Below, piece by piece: positions 27,508 through 36,724 of a stretch of DNA of 64,000 nt. The number at the start of each line of letters is the position of its first letter. The first letter of the stretch is position 1. The notes beneath the pieces were generated by a model. The model was not told the origin of the DNA. It saw only the letters and a program-made list of their open reading frames with translations, and ran no database searches. The translations under genes were made by a program, and so were the position numbers. This stretch comes from Patescibacteria group bacterium. Its GTDB lineage: Bacteria; Patescibacteriota; Patescibacteriia; Buchananbacterales; UBA6539. The stretch covers positions 118,467 through 182,466 of the forward strand of contig JBAZSB010000001.1 of the NCBI GenBank assembly GCA_041662625.1. The letters run 5' to 3'.

Positions 27508-27597
27508 TATCATAAAAAAATAGTCTGTCAAGACCTTATTTTTAAAAAATGTGGATATCTTATTTGTCTAAAATGGAATAATTAGTTAATATAATTA

Positions 27598-27830
27598 TGT
27601 GGACATCCCCCCCAGGATGCGAAACGTTAGGCCCCGCTAGGGTTCCCTCCGGGGAACCCCGGCGAAAACAAACTCGCACCTAGTGCGAACAGTGCGAGAG
27701 ATCCACATAGATCTTTGCCGGGCTTTGCGCCCAACAACCGCGGCTGCTACGGCGGCCAACGACCCTCCCCAGAGTGGACAGGTAGAGTAAGAGAGTTTTG
27801 CTCAGCCTGTCCCTCATTTTTTTTATTTTT
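27598..27830 (+). ncRNA. GC-rich (about 60%) small structured RNA candidate with its own terminator
   Basis: Hairpins gggttcc-ctcc-ggaaccc, ctcgcac...gtgcgag, closing tgtgga/tccaca; TATAAT at 27590; terminator ggacagg..cctgtcc + T8 at 27775-27826. Confidence 0.3.
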
Positions 27831-28230
27831 AGAGCTGGCCCCAATACATTATCTTTAAGTAAGATAAAACCAAAAAAACCGTCACTGCGGCCAAAACATC
27901 TTTTAGAGTGGGAACTTGTTTAAAGAAAAAAGGTAAAATTATAATCAGAACTGGGAGAAAATAAGTTAAAAGGTCATGTTTTAAGGCCTGGTACCAGTTT
28001 AATTCGATACTAATTTTAGAATCAGTTTTGTCTTTGGTTTTTTTGATTTGCTCCTGGTCGCGGCCAAAAACTAAAATCCCTCCAATTGTGAAGACAATTG
28101 TTGGGATAAGTGAAATTAGAATATCAACCAGTGATTTAGATTTATAGAGATAGTTAAAATAGACAATGGCAGTGGCAACAGTCAGAAACATGATGACAAT
28201 GCTGCTTATTTTTTGCTGTGAAATTTTCAT
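27829..28230 (-). CDS. Hypothetical membrane protein (133 aa)
   Basis: 4 predicted TM segments. Confidence 0.4.
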   Translation of the reverse strand: MKISQQKISSIVIMFLTVATAIVYFNYLYKSKSLVDILISLIPTIVFTIGGILVFGRDQEQIKKTKDKTDSKISIELNWYQALKHDLLTYFLPVLIIILPFFFKQVPTLKDVLAAVTVFLVLSYLKIMYWGQL

Positions 28231-28233
28231 GGG

Positions 28234-29553
28234 TTAAAATGGGGGCAGATATTCCAAAGGATTAACTGGGATACCATTCAGCCGGACTTCAAAGTGAAGA
28301 TGAGGTCCGGTGCTGAGATTACCTGACCCAGTTCCGCCCGGCATCCCACCAGATAAAGCAATCGCCTGGCCCTTGTTTACATATTCATCCTCTTTAACTA
28401 ACGGTTGAGAAATATGGCCAAAGACAGTAGAGAGACCATCATTGTGGATTAACATAATATAGGCATAGCTACTGTCACCTCGGAATTGAACTCGGGCGAC
28501 GTATCCTGACTCGGGAGCCTGGATGGTTGTCCCTTGGCCAGCCCGAATGTCAATTGCCGGGTGTTCAAAGATATAGCGGAATGGGTAATCTGGGTCATGA
28601 AAATAGGCACTAACTCCTTTAACAGGGATAATTGGCCAAGCTAGCTGAGCCGGGCCGAAACCTTTGAATCTTTCCGCTGCATCTCTGGCTTCGAGTTGTT
28701 CCCGAACGTTTTTTTCTAAAGTAACAATTTCGGAATTAATCTGCTGCTGCTCCAGTTGGAGTTGGTATTTAAAGTTTTGGTATTGTTTTTCCGTCAGTCG
28801 TGCCTGGAGAAGCAGAACTCCTTGAGCGGTACTTTTTTCCGTTAATTCCGATTTTTCTTCTTGAAGTTGGTCTTTAAGCTTTTCCTCTAGCTTTGCTTTT
28901 TCTTCCCAATTTGATTTTTGCACCCCTAAATTTTGCTTATGATTTTTTAATTTTACTAAAGCGGCCGAAAGATTATTATGGATTTCTTCGGTATATTTGG
29001 TTTGATCAAAGAAATCGGAGAATGATTCATTGACTAAAAGTATTTCAAAGTAACTGATTTGATCAGTTTTGTAAATTAGGCGGAGGTATTCAGAAATTTT
29101 TTGTTTTCGGTCAGCAATCAAATTTTCCAAATCTTGGATTTGAAGGTTCAAGCTCTGGATTTCTAGATTGGTTTCTTCGATTCTGGCTTCGGTGGCTTCA
29201 ATATCGAGATTAATTTTAGCCACCTGATTATCTAAAATGGCAATTTGATTTCTTAAACTTTTTGCCTCTTTTTGTTTAGTGCTAATTTGTTGGTTATAAG
29301 CGTCGATTTCTTGTTGTAAAGCATTAATATCCTTGCGTCGAGTTTCAATCCGGCGGTTTAGCTCAGCTATTTCTTCTTCCCGAGTTGAGCTAGTTGTTTC
29401 ATTCTGGTCAGTTTCCGCCCAAGCGGTCAGTATTGGTTGGCTAATAAAAAAAATAGCCAAACTAAAGCTAAATATTAGGGGAAAAATAAATATTTTCCTT
29501 GAATGCTGAATTTTGTTTCTGTTTTTATTATTCATTAATATATTGTAGCACAA
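28234..29553 (-). CDS. M23 family peptidoglycan metalloendopeptidase with long N-terminal coiled coil (EnvC-like)
   Basis: HxxxD...GPHLHFE M23 motifs; coiled-coil repeats. Confidence 0.85.
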   Translation of the reverse strand: MCYNILMNNKNRNKIQHSRKIFIFPLIFSFSLAIFFISQPILTAWAETDQNETTSSTREEEIAELNRRIETRRKDINALQQEIDAYNQQISTKQKEAKSLRNQIAILDNQVAKINLDIEATEARIEETNLEIQSLNLQIQDLENLIADRKQKISEYLRLIYKTDQISYFEILLVNESFSDFFDQTKYTEEIHNNLSAALVKLKNHKQNLGVQKSNWEEKAKLEEKLKDQLQEEKSELTEKSTAQGVLLLQARLTEKQYQNFKYQLQLEQQQINSEIVTLEKNVREQLEARDAAERFKGFGPAQLAWPIIPVKGVSAYFHDPDYPFRYIFEHPAIDIRAGQGTTIQAPESGYVARVQFRGDSSYAYIMLIHNDGLSTVFGHISQPLVKEDEYVNKGQAIALSGGMPGGTGSGNLSTGPHLHFEVRLNGIPVNPLEYLPPF

Positions 29554-29596
29554 AATTTTGGAAAAATCAATTTTTTCTTTTCCCGTAGTAGTTTTT

Positions 29597-31033
29597 TTAT
29601 TTCAATAAATCAATAGCTTTTTGAATCCGTTTTAAACTTTCCGTTTTTCCTAAAACTTCAGCAATTTCAAAAGGACCCGGTGAAGCTTGGCGGCCACTTA
29701 GGGCAACGCGCATTGGCCAAAGCATATCCCCTACTCCCCGCCCCTTTTCTTTAATTAATCCGATAATTTCTTCTTCTAAATCTTTTTTTTGCCATTTTTT
29801 TTCAGCGAGATTTTCCAAAAATTCTTTTAAAATTTTTAGATTATCAGCAGTTTGATTTTTATCTATTTTTTTCCAGATAAGTAATTTTGGTTCGTAGGTT
29901 GGCTCTTTAAAGAAAAACTCCGTGACCGGGACAATGTCACTTAATTTTTTAATTCTTTCGTGTTCTGTGGCAACTATTTTTTCCAGACTTTTTAAATCCG
30001 CTTTAATGCCGACTTCAGCAAAAAATGGCTGACAGAGTTTAGCTAGTTCAGGTAAAGGTTTTTGGCGAATGTATTGGCCGTTTAGCCAGTCAAGTTTTTG
30101 GGTATCAAACACCGCTCCGGATTTATTAACTTTTTCCAAATCAAAAGCCTTTGCCATTTCTTCCAGATTACTAAAAATTTCTTGGTCAGTTCCGGGATTC
30201 CAACCCAAAAGCAAAACAAAATTAAGCAAGGCTTCGGGAAGATAGCCTTTTTTCAAAAAATCTTCAACTGCTACATCCCCTTGGCGTTTAGAAAGTTTTG
30301 AACGGTCGGGATTAAGCAAAAGCGGCAGATGGGCAAATTCCGGCGGCTGCCAGCCAAAAGCTTGATATAACAAAATATGTTTTGGTGTTGAGGGTAGCCA
30401 TTCCTCCCCCCTAAACACGTGGGTTGTCGCCATATCGTGGTCATCAACCACCGAAGCTAAATGATAGGCGGGAAAGCCATCTGATTTCAAAATAATCGGA
30501 TCATCCAAAAGTTTATTATCAAAAGTCACCTGGCCGCGGATTAAATCAGTGAATTCAGTTTGACCGGTTCTTGGTATCTTGAAACGAATAACGTAAGGCG
30601 TTTTAGCCGTTAGCTTAGCTTTGGTTTCAGCAGCAGGTAAATCCCGGCAGCAGCCGTCATACATTGGCGGCAGACCTTTTTGCTGCTGGACTTTTCTTAA
30701 ATTATCTAATCTTTCTTTGGAACAAAAACAGTAATAGGCTTTTTCTTTTTTGATTAACTCTTGGGCGGCTTGCTGGTATTCTTTCAGTCGTTCAGATTGA
30801 ACCATGACTTTTTTATTATCCCAAGTCAAACCAAACTGTTTTAAAATTATTTTTAAATTTTCAGAGGCCCCTTCGACTTTTCTTTCCTGATCCGTATCCT
30901 CAATCCGCAGTAAAAAATTTCCCTGATTTTTTTTAGCAAAAAGATAATTATATAAAGCCGTTCGAAGACTGCCGACGTGCAAAGAGCCAGTCGGGCTGGG
31001 GGCAAAGCGAGTTATTATTTTTTTAGGCATCAT
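29597..31033 (-). CDS. gltX: Glutamyl-tRNA synthetase
   Basis: Class I HIGH (SLHVGSL) and KLSKR motifs; 478 aa. Confidence 0.9.
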   Translation of the reverse strand: MMPKKIITRFAPSPTGSLHVGSLRTALYNYLFAKKNQGNFLLRIEDTDQERKVEGASENLKIILKQFGLTWDNKKVMVQSERLKEYQQAAQELIKKEKAYYCFCSKERLDNLRKVQQQKGLPPMYDGCCRDLPAAETKAKLTAKTPYVIRFKIPRTGQTEFTDLIRGQVTFDNKLLDDPIILKSDGFPAYHLASVVDDHDMATTHVFRGEEWLPSTPKHILLYQAFGWQPPEFAHLPLLLNPDRSKLSKRQGDVAVEDFLKKGYLPEALLNFVLLLGWNPGTDQEIFSNLEEMAKAFDLEKVNKSGAVFDTQKLDWLNGQYIRQKPLPELAKLCQPFFAEVGIKADLKSLEKIVATEHERIKKLSDIVPVTEFFFKEPTYEPKLLIWKKIDKNQTADNLKILKEFLENLAEKKWQKKDLEEEIIGLIKEKGRGVGDMLWPMRVALSGRQASPGPFEIAEVLGKTESLKRIQKAIDLLK

Positions 31034-31236
31034 ATTTTTTGACGTGGGTTTTACTCCTCGGTTTGAGCGGGACCTTCTTTTTTAGTTTTTAATTATATTC
31101 ACAATCCTAGCTTTTTTAAGTTTTGACTTTGTCCGCCATATTGAGTTCAGAGGCGTATTCCGGTATTCTTGACAAAAATTGATTATTATATAAACTTAAT
31201 TGAGTGATTGATTACGTATATGGAGGGTCAAACCAG

Positions 31237-31557
31237 ATGAAAATACGCAGAGATCGCTGTGATGAGGCATGGGCTAAAGCCCCGATTCTGGCCGAGTTTC
31301 GTCAGGGCACAGAGCCTTTGAGGATTAAGGCTAAGGTTTTTCGAGCGATTATTGCTAGGGTCAAAGATCGCCGAGACGGCTTGATTCGTGTTTTGGCACT
31401 TGACCGACCTGACGGTAAGAAGCGCTTGCGCCAAGAAATCTGCTGGGAAAGAAATGGCATGAGTCGCATTTTTCGCTGCCAGACCAAGAAACCAATGGCT
31501 CTGGAATACAGAGTCGTATTGGACTTGGGTAGGCTCACCAGCTCTTTGTCTGATTAG
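31237..31557 (+). CDS. Hypothetical basic protein (106 aa) in a GC-rich islet
   Basis: SD ggaggg 8 nt upstream of ATG 31237; about 50% GC. Confidence 0.4.
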   Translation: MKIRRDRCDEAWAKAPILAEFRQGTEPLRIKAKVFRAIIARVKDRRDGLIRVLALDRPDGKKRLRQEICWERNGMSRIFRCQTKKPMALEYRVVLDLGRLTSSLSD

Positions 31558-32339
31558 TCGGCACCTTCGTCGGTATTATTCTCCCGAGGTTCTTTGGGGA
31601 AACCAAGGAATCTTTTTTTTATTATTAAAAGCGGAAAAATAATTACGGCATTAATGATTCTTCTCCAGCGCTGCGGTTGTTTGATTAAACGATAAAGCCA
31701 TTCTAGCCCGGCTCTTTTAATAAATCGGGGCGGCCGTTTGACCACGCCGGAAATATAATCAAAAGCCCCGCCGACGCCAATTGCTAATTTCACCGAAGGC
31801 AATTTATCAAGATGATAAAAAATCCATTTTTCCTGTTTGACTTGGCCAAAAGCAATAAACAAAATTTTTGGCCCGGCATCATTAATTCTATTTAATAAAT
31901 CTAAATCAACCTGTTGTGGGTCAGCAATCTCTCCCCCGCTTTCAGCCCCAACGACTTTCAAGTTTGGGAATTCCTGCTGTAAAACTTCAGTGGCAGCGGC
32001 CGCGACCATCTCACCGCCACCCAAAAAATAAACCGGACAACTTTTTTGTTCAGCTAGTTCTGAAATCGCCCAGACTAAATCAACGCCCGTGACTCTTATT
32101 AATTGCTTGCCTAAATATTTAGCGGCTTTGATTAAACCGATGCCATCAGCAACAGCAATGTCGGCATAATTTAGAATTTCTTTAAAATTTGGATCTTTTT
32201 GTGCTGCTACCAGAAATTCTGGATTAGGGGTAACAATATAATGTTGATCAGGTGAATCTAAAAACTGGCTGACTTTTTCCAAGACTTCCTGTAAGGAGAG
32301 ATTATCAATTTTAACTCCCAGAATCTCTACTTTGTTCAT
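31554..32339 (-). CDS. WecB/TagA/CpsF family glycosyltransferase (GT26)
   Basis: ILGVKID...YIVTPNPE...ADGIGLI motifs; 261 aa. Confidence 0.8.
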   Translation of the reverse strand: MNKVEILGVKIDNLSLQEVLEKVSQFLDSPDQHYIVTPNPEFLVAAQKDPNFKEILNYADIAVADGIGLIKAAKYLGKQLIRVTGVDLVWAISELAEQKSCPVYFLGGGEMVAAAATEVLQQEFPNLKVVGAESGGEIADPQQVDLDLLNRINDAGPKILFIAFGQVKQEKWIFYHLDKLPSVKLAIGVGGAFDYISGVVKRPPRFIKRAGLEWLYRLIKQPQRWRRIINAVIIFPLLIIKKRFLGFPKEPRENNTDEGAD

Positions 32340-32496
32340 ATCGTAATTTCCATACTTTTAAACCAATTTTTTAGGTCGAGGCAGGGGCTGGCTAAATCTA
32401 AAGCGCTGGACTTCCTGCGGCCCGTTGGCCAGGTAGCGGCTTTTGGTCCGATAGCGGGTCACTTTTGATTTGTTGTATTTTCGGGAAGAATGGTCT

Positions 32497-32650
32497 CTCA
32501 TAGAATTTTGAATTTTTAATTTCGCCTCTCGACTCGCTTCGCTTGCTCGAGGCGACCTGAGCGGAGTCGAATGGTCGAATTTTGATTCAATATTATAATA
32601 TTTGAATATTCAAAATTGATTCAAAATTTAAAATTCAAAATTAAGATTTA
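32497..32650. repeat. Intergenic composite repeat, copy 1: AT-rich palindrome (aatattataatatt) flanked by ttgaat/ttcgaa words plus a GC-rich hairpin module
   Basis: Reverse complement of 39585-39730 (near identical); AT part also at 46070-46180. Confidence 0.75.
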
Positions 32651-33202
32651 TTTCAATGTGTAACTTTCGATTATTCTATACTCCGCACTATTGGGCAAAA
32701 GAGTGCTTTCCATCAGTTCCAGGCTTTTGACCGGAATTAACAAATTCGGCAATTTTATTGGTTCAGTTTTGAACTGGCAAGGGCCAACAATTCGGGCCAA
32801 AGTTAAATGCGGGTGCCAGGCTCGGTGATCAACGTCAATACCAATTTTTTCCAATTCCGCGCCAAGATTTTCTTGGAGGCCGGTTAAACTATCCCCTGCT
32901 TTTTCCTGGCTACTTAAAAAAATAACTCGCGGGTATTTTAAATTGGGAAAAGCGCCAATTGGACCGGTAATCAGTTCAGTTTGCTTGTACTTTTGCGCTA
33001 AATTTTTTAAGACAGTTTTAACTTGATTAATTTGTGCCTCATCTAAATAACCCAAAAAATGTAAAGTCAGATGAATGCCTTTGGTTTTTACGTAGCGAAT
33101 CACCGGCCGGGAATTAATTTTTTGACAAAGTGAAAGTAATTTATTTAATTCCCCTTTGATATTTTCCGGTAGGTTAATCGCTATAAAAACCCGTTTTTTC
33201 AT
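32648..33202 (-). CDS. 2'-5' RNA ligase / 2H phosphoesterase (ThpR/LigT)
   Basis: Two HxTx motifs (HLTLHF, HPHLTLAR); start taken at internal MKKRVFIAINLP because the upstream part of the ORF overlaps the divergent radical-SAM gene. Confidence 0.7.
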   Translation of the reverse strand: MKKRVFIAINLPENIKGELNKLLSLCQKINSRPVIRYVKTKGIHLTLHFLGYLDEAQINQVKTVLKNLAQKYKQTELITGPIGAFPNLKYPRVIFLSSQEKAGDSLTGLQENLGAELEKIGIDVDHRAWHPHLTLARIVGPCQFKTEPIKLPNLLIPVKSLELMESTLLPNSAEYRIIESYTLK

Positions 33203-33240
33203 AATTGAATTATACCATCCAGAAATGTTATAATCAAGAT

Positions 33241-34128
33241 ATGAAAGAAGCTTTATTCTATCAAAAATTAGAAAATAAACAGGTGAAATGCGAACTTTGT
33301 CACCAGTTCTGTCAGATTGCTCCTGGTAAACGGGGTTTATGCGGTGTTCGCGAAAATCAAAATGGTGTTTTGGTAACTTTAGTCTACGGTAAGGTGATTG
33401 CCGCTCACGTTGACCCAATTGAGAAAAAGCCGCTTTATCATTTTTTACCAGGAACTTATTCTTATTCCCTGGCCACGATTGGCTGTAATTTCCGTTGTGC
33501 CCATTGTCAAAACGCCGATATTTCTCAGGCCTCAAAAGAAGGTTTATTTTTTCAGCGGCAAGAAATTCCGGGCGAAGAAATGGCGCCAAAAGACGTGATT
33601 GATCAGGCTAAAAAGTCCCAGTGCCCCAGTATTTCTTATACTTACACTGAGCCGACAATTTTTTTTGAGTTTGCTTTTGATTGCATGAAGTTAGCCCAAG
33701 AAAGCAAGCTAAAAAATGTCTGGGTTTCTAACGGTTATACCAATCTACCGGCTTTAGAAATGGCTAAGCCTTACTTGGATGCAGTCAATATTGATTTGAA
33801 ATTTTTTAACGATTCAACTTACAAAAAAATTTGTGGCGCTAGACTTCAGCCAGTTTTGGACAACCTGGTTTGGTATAAACAAAATGGCGTTCATTTAGAA
33901 GTCACTACTTTGATTATCCCCTCTTTAAATGATAGTGATGAAGAATTAACTGGAATTGCTAAATTTATTAAAGACAAATTGGGAGCTGATACTCCCTGGC
34001 ACGTTACGGCTTTTTGGCCGACTTATAAATTGAATGATTTACCGCCGACTTCGCGGGAAACGATTTTGCAAGCCAAAGAGATTGGAGAAAAGGCGGGGTT
34101 GGAGCATGTCCACGTGGGAAATATTTAA
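33241..34128 (+). CDS. AmmeMemoRadiSam-system-type radical SAM enzyme (PFL-activase-like)
   Basis: CNFRCAHCQN CxxxCxxC cluster, N-terminal CxxC...C; start at MKEALFYQKL (ORF opens at 33205). Confidence 0.7.
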   Translation: MKEALFYQKLENKQVKCELCHQFCQIAPGKRGLCGVRENQNGVLVTLVYGKVIAAHVDPIEKKPLYHFLPGTYSYSLATIGCNFRCAHCQNADISQASKEGLFFQRQEIPGEEMAPKDVIDQAKKSQCPSISYTYTEPTIFFEFAFDCMKLAQESKLKNVWVSNGYTNLPALEMAKPYLDAVNIDLKFFNDSTYKKICGARLQPVLDNLVWYKQNGVHLEVTTLIIPSLNDSDEELTGIAKFIKDKLGADTPWHVTAFWPTYKLNDLPPTSRETILQAKEIGEKAGLEHVHVGNI

Positions 34129-34129
34129 T

Positions 34130-35515
34130 ATGCAAAGAAATAAGAAATTAAGAAATCAAAAAATTAAGAAATTAAAGCTATACTCTGTTTTATTTTCTTA
34201 TTTTCTTATTTTCTTATTTTTTTATCCGAGCGTAGCCTTGGCTGAGTATTATTTTAATCCTCATTTTATTTTGACTGATGAAGAAATGACTGACTCGTTG
34301 GCTCTGACTTTGAACGAGGTCCAAAAGTTTTTAGAAGCAAAAGGCAGCGGTTTGGCTAATTTAGTTTCATCAGATTATAATGGCGTTAATAAAAAAGCTT
34401 CAGAGATTATTTGGCAGGCTGCTATTGAAAGCAAAATTAGCCCTAAAGTTTTGCTGGTGACTTTGCAAAAAGAACAAAGTCTAGTGGAAGAACCATTCCC
34501 AACTCAAACTCAATTAGATCGGGCAATGGGCTATCGTTGTCCTGACAGTGGATCATGCAATCCGAGTACGCTAGATTTTGGCAAACAGGTCGACGGCGCG
34601 GCCTGGCAATTTCGCCAATACTTTGATAATCCATTCAACTGGAATTATCAAAAGGGCCAGACTTATGTAGTTGATGATTATTTAATAACTCCAGTCAATC
34701 AGGCCACGGCTTGCCTTTATAATTATACCCCTCATTACTCTGGCAACCGGCATTTTTGGCAAATTTGGCAGAGCTACTGGGGCCGCGATTACCTCGATGG
34801 TTCACTTTTAAAAGGTTATGACAGTCCGGCTGTCTGGCTTATTCAGTATGGCGGCCGAAGATTGATTACTTCCTGGGGAGTTTTGATTTCCCGCTTTGAT
34901 CCGAAGAAAATAATTACCGTTTCCCAAACCGATTTGGAAAAATATGAAATTGGCCCACCGATTAAATTTTATAACTACTCATTATTGGAAGCGCCGGACG
35001 GTAAAATTTATTTGTTAGTTGATGACCAGTTGCGTCATATTGCCAGTCTGGAAGTTTTTCGGATTATCGGTTTTAATCCCGAAGAAGTAATTGCGGTAGA
35101 GGAAGCCGATTTAGCCGGTTATAAATATGGTCCCGACATTACTACCAGTAGTGTCTACCCGACTGGAGCTTTAATTCAAAATAATAAAACTGGCGGTGTC
35201 TATTATGTTGAAGATGGCATAAAACACCCGATTTATTCTCGTGAAATTCTTGCTGCCAATTTTAAAAGCAAGGTCCTGACTGCCGTTAGCCCCGAAGAAC
35301 TAGATCAATATCAGCTGGGCCTACCGGTTAAATTTAAAGATGGTGAGTTGATTAAAGCCAGTAACGACTCAAAAATTTATGTAATTGCCGATGGCCTTCG
35401 CCATTGGATTAAATCTGAAGAAGCATTTGCCAAGTTTTCCTATAAATGGGATAATGTAATTGTCACGACGCAGCAGGCGGTTGAAATTCATCTTCTTGGT
35501 GAAGATATCGAATGA
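34130..35515 (+). CDS. Secreted protein with four degenerate repeats of a (K/D)GxIY.V.DG.(R/K)H.I.S motif
   Basis: Signal peptide after MQRNKK...; start 1 nt after the radical-SAM stop. Confidence 0.5.
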   Translation: MQRNKKLRNQKIKKLKLYSVLFSYFLIFLFFYPSVALAEYYFNPHFILTDEEMTDSLALTLNEVQKFLEAKGSGLANLVSSDYNGVNKKASEIIWQAAIESKISPKVLLVTLQKEQSLVEEPFPTQTQLDRAMGYRCPDSGSCNPSTLDFGKQVDGAAWQFRQYFDNPFNWNYQKGQTYVVDDYLITPVNQATACLYNYTPHYSGNRHFWQIWQSYWGRDYLDGSLLKGYDSPAVWLIQYGGRRLITSWGVLISRFDPKKIITVSQTDLEKYEIGPPIKFYNYSLLEAPDGKIYLLVDDQLRHIASLEVFRIIGFNPEEVIAVEEADLAGYKYGPDITTSSVYPTGALIQNNKTGGVYYVEDGIKHPIYSREILAANFKSKVLTAVSPEELDQYQLGLPVKFKDGELIKASNDSKIYVIADGLRHWIKSEEAFAKFSYKWDNVIVTTQQAVEIHLLGEDIE

Positions 35516-35537
35516 TGTATAATTTATAATTAATTTT

Positions 35538-36335
35538 ATGCCGTTAGTTTTTTCTGCCATTACTCCTCATCCGCCGGTTTTGATTCCGGAGATTGGCAAG
35601 GACAATTTAAAAAAGTTGGTTAAAACTGAAGAGGCAATGAAAAAGTTGGAGCAAGAATTTTATGCTTCAAAGCCGGAAAGTATTTTAATTATTTCCCCCC
35701 ACGGCGAAATTTTTGACAGTTCCTTTAATATTAATTTAAGCGCTGACTACTCGGCCAACTTTAAAGAATTTGGTGATTTCGGTTTGGAATTAAAATTTAA
35801 AAGTGATTACATGTCAATTCAGGAAATCCGGGCGGCTGACGAAACCCAAAAGGCAGTCGCTGTAGCTTTGACCAGCAATCAGGAGCTGGATCATGGTTGT
35901 TCTATCCCGCTCTATTATTTGACCCAGCATCTTAAAAATATCCCAATTATCCCGGTTACCTATTCTGGTTTAGATTTAAAGCAGCATTTCATTTTTGGTC
36001 AGTTTTTATATCAGCAGTTGGCTAAAATTAATAAACGTTTTGCCGTGATTGCTTCTGGTGATTTATCTCATCGTTTAACTAAAGATGCTCCTGGTGGTTA
36101 TTCTGCCCAAGGTAAAGAATTTGATAAAAAATTAGTTGGTTTAATTAAAAAAAAGGATGTTCAGGGAATTTTGAACATCGATCCAAAGTTAGGCCAGGAA
36201 GCTGGCGAGTGTGGCCTGCGGTCAATTGCAATTCTTCTGGGAATAATCGAATCACTTAATACAAAAACCGACGTGCTATCTTATGAAGGACCTTTTGGCG
36301 TCGGTTACTTAGTTTGCAATTTTCAGTTAGTTTAG
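35538..36335 (+). CDS. Memo-like / class III extradiol dioxygenase B-subunit family protein (AmmeMemoRadiSam protein B-like)
   Basis: MPLVFSAITPHPPVLIPEIG, SPHG, SGDLSHRL motifs; 265 aa. Confidence 0.6.
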   Translation: MPLVFSAITPHPPVLIPEIGKDNLKKLVKTEEAMKKLEQEFYASKPESILIISPHGEIFDSSFNINLSADYSANFKEFGDFGLELKFKSDYMSIQEIRAADETQKAVAVALTSNQELDHGCSIPLYYLTQHLKNIPIIPVTYSGLDLKQHFIFGQFLYQQLAKINKRFAVIASGDLSHRLTKDAPGGYSAQGKEFDKKLVGLIKKKDVQGILNIDPKLGQEAGECGLRSIAILLGIIESLNTKTDVLSYEGPFGVGYLVCNFQLV

Positions 36336-36342
36336 AAAAGAA

Positions 36343-36395
36343 ATCAGAAATCAGAGATTATAAAACAGAGACTAAAATTAGTTCTCTGATTTTTT
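36343..36395 (+). terminator. Bidirectional hairpin terminator (aatcagaga...tctctgatt + T6)
   Basis: 9-bp stem, T-run. Confidence 0.5.
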
Positions 36396-36659
36396 ATTGG
36401 CTAGCTTGAAGAAGTATTTCCAGCACTCTCCTGTCTGGCAAAGTTCTTTGGTGTCATTAAGGCATTTTTCCACAAATTGTTTGGGATTTTCCTTGCAGAC
36501 TTTGAAGACAGAATTTCTTTTATAAGACGGAATGTTTAATTCTTCAATTATTTTTAAGGCAAAGTCTTGCCAAGGATAAGCCGGCGGTTTGACGGTCTTT
36601 TTTTGTTTGATAATATCTTGGAAATTCTGGGGGCCAGTATTGATTTTTGAGGTATTCAT
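36378..36659 (-). CDS. Hypothetical Cys-containing small protein (93 aa)
   Basis: ORF only. Confidence 0.35.
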   Translation of the reverse strand: MNTSKINTGPQNFQDIIKQKKTVKPPAYPWQDFALKIIEELNIPSYKRNSVFKVCKENPKQFVEKCLNDTKELCQTGECWKYFFKLANKKSEN

Positions 36660-36724
36660 AGTATTAAAATTATATCAATTTTTTGTTAATAAAAAAAGAG
36701 ATTCGCCAAATTAAGGGCAAATCA

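Noticed and set aside
31204-31236. Longer start (31204) for the basic protein
   Set aside because: ATG at 31237 has a GGAGGG SD at ideal spacing; the upstream ATG has none.
32440-32505. 48-aa very basic minus-strand ORF (MRDHSSRKYNKSKVTRYRTK...) resembling a ribosomal-protein composition
   Set aside because: No SD within range, lies in a repeat-flanked intergenic patch, no match to any r-protein I can recall; likely chance ORF.
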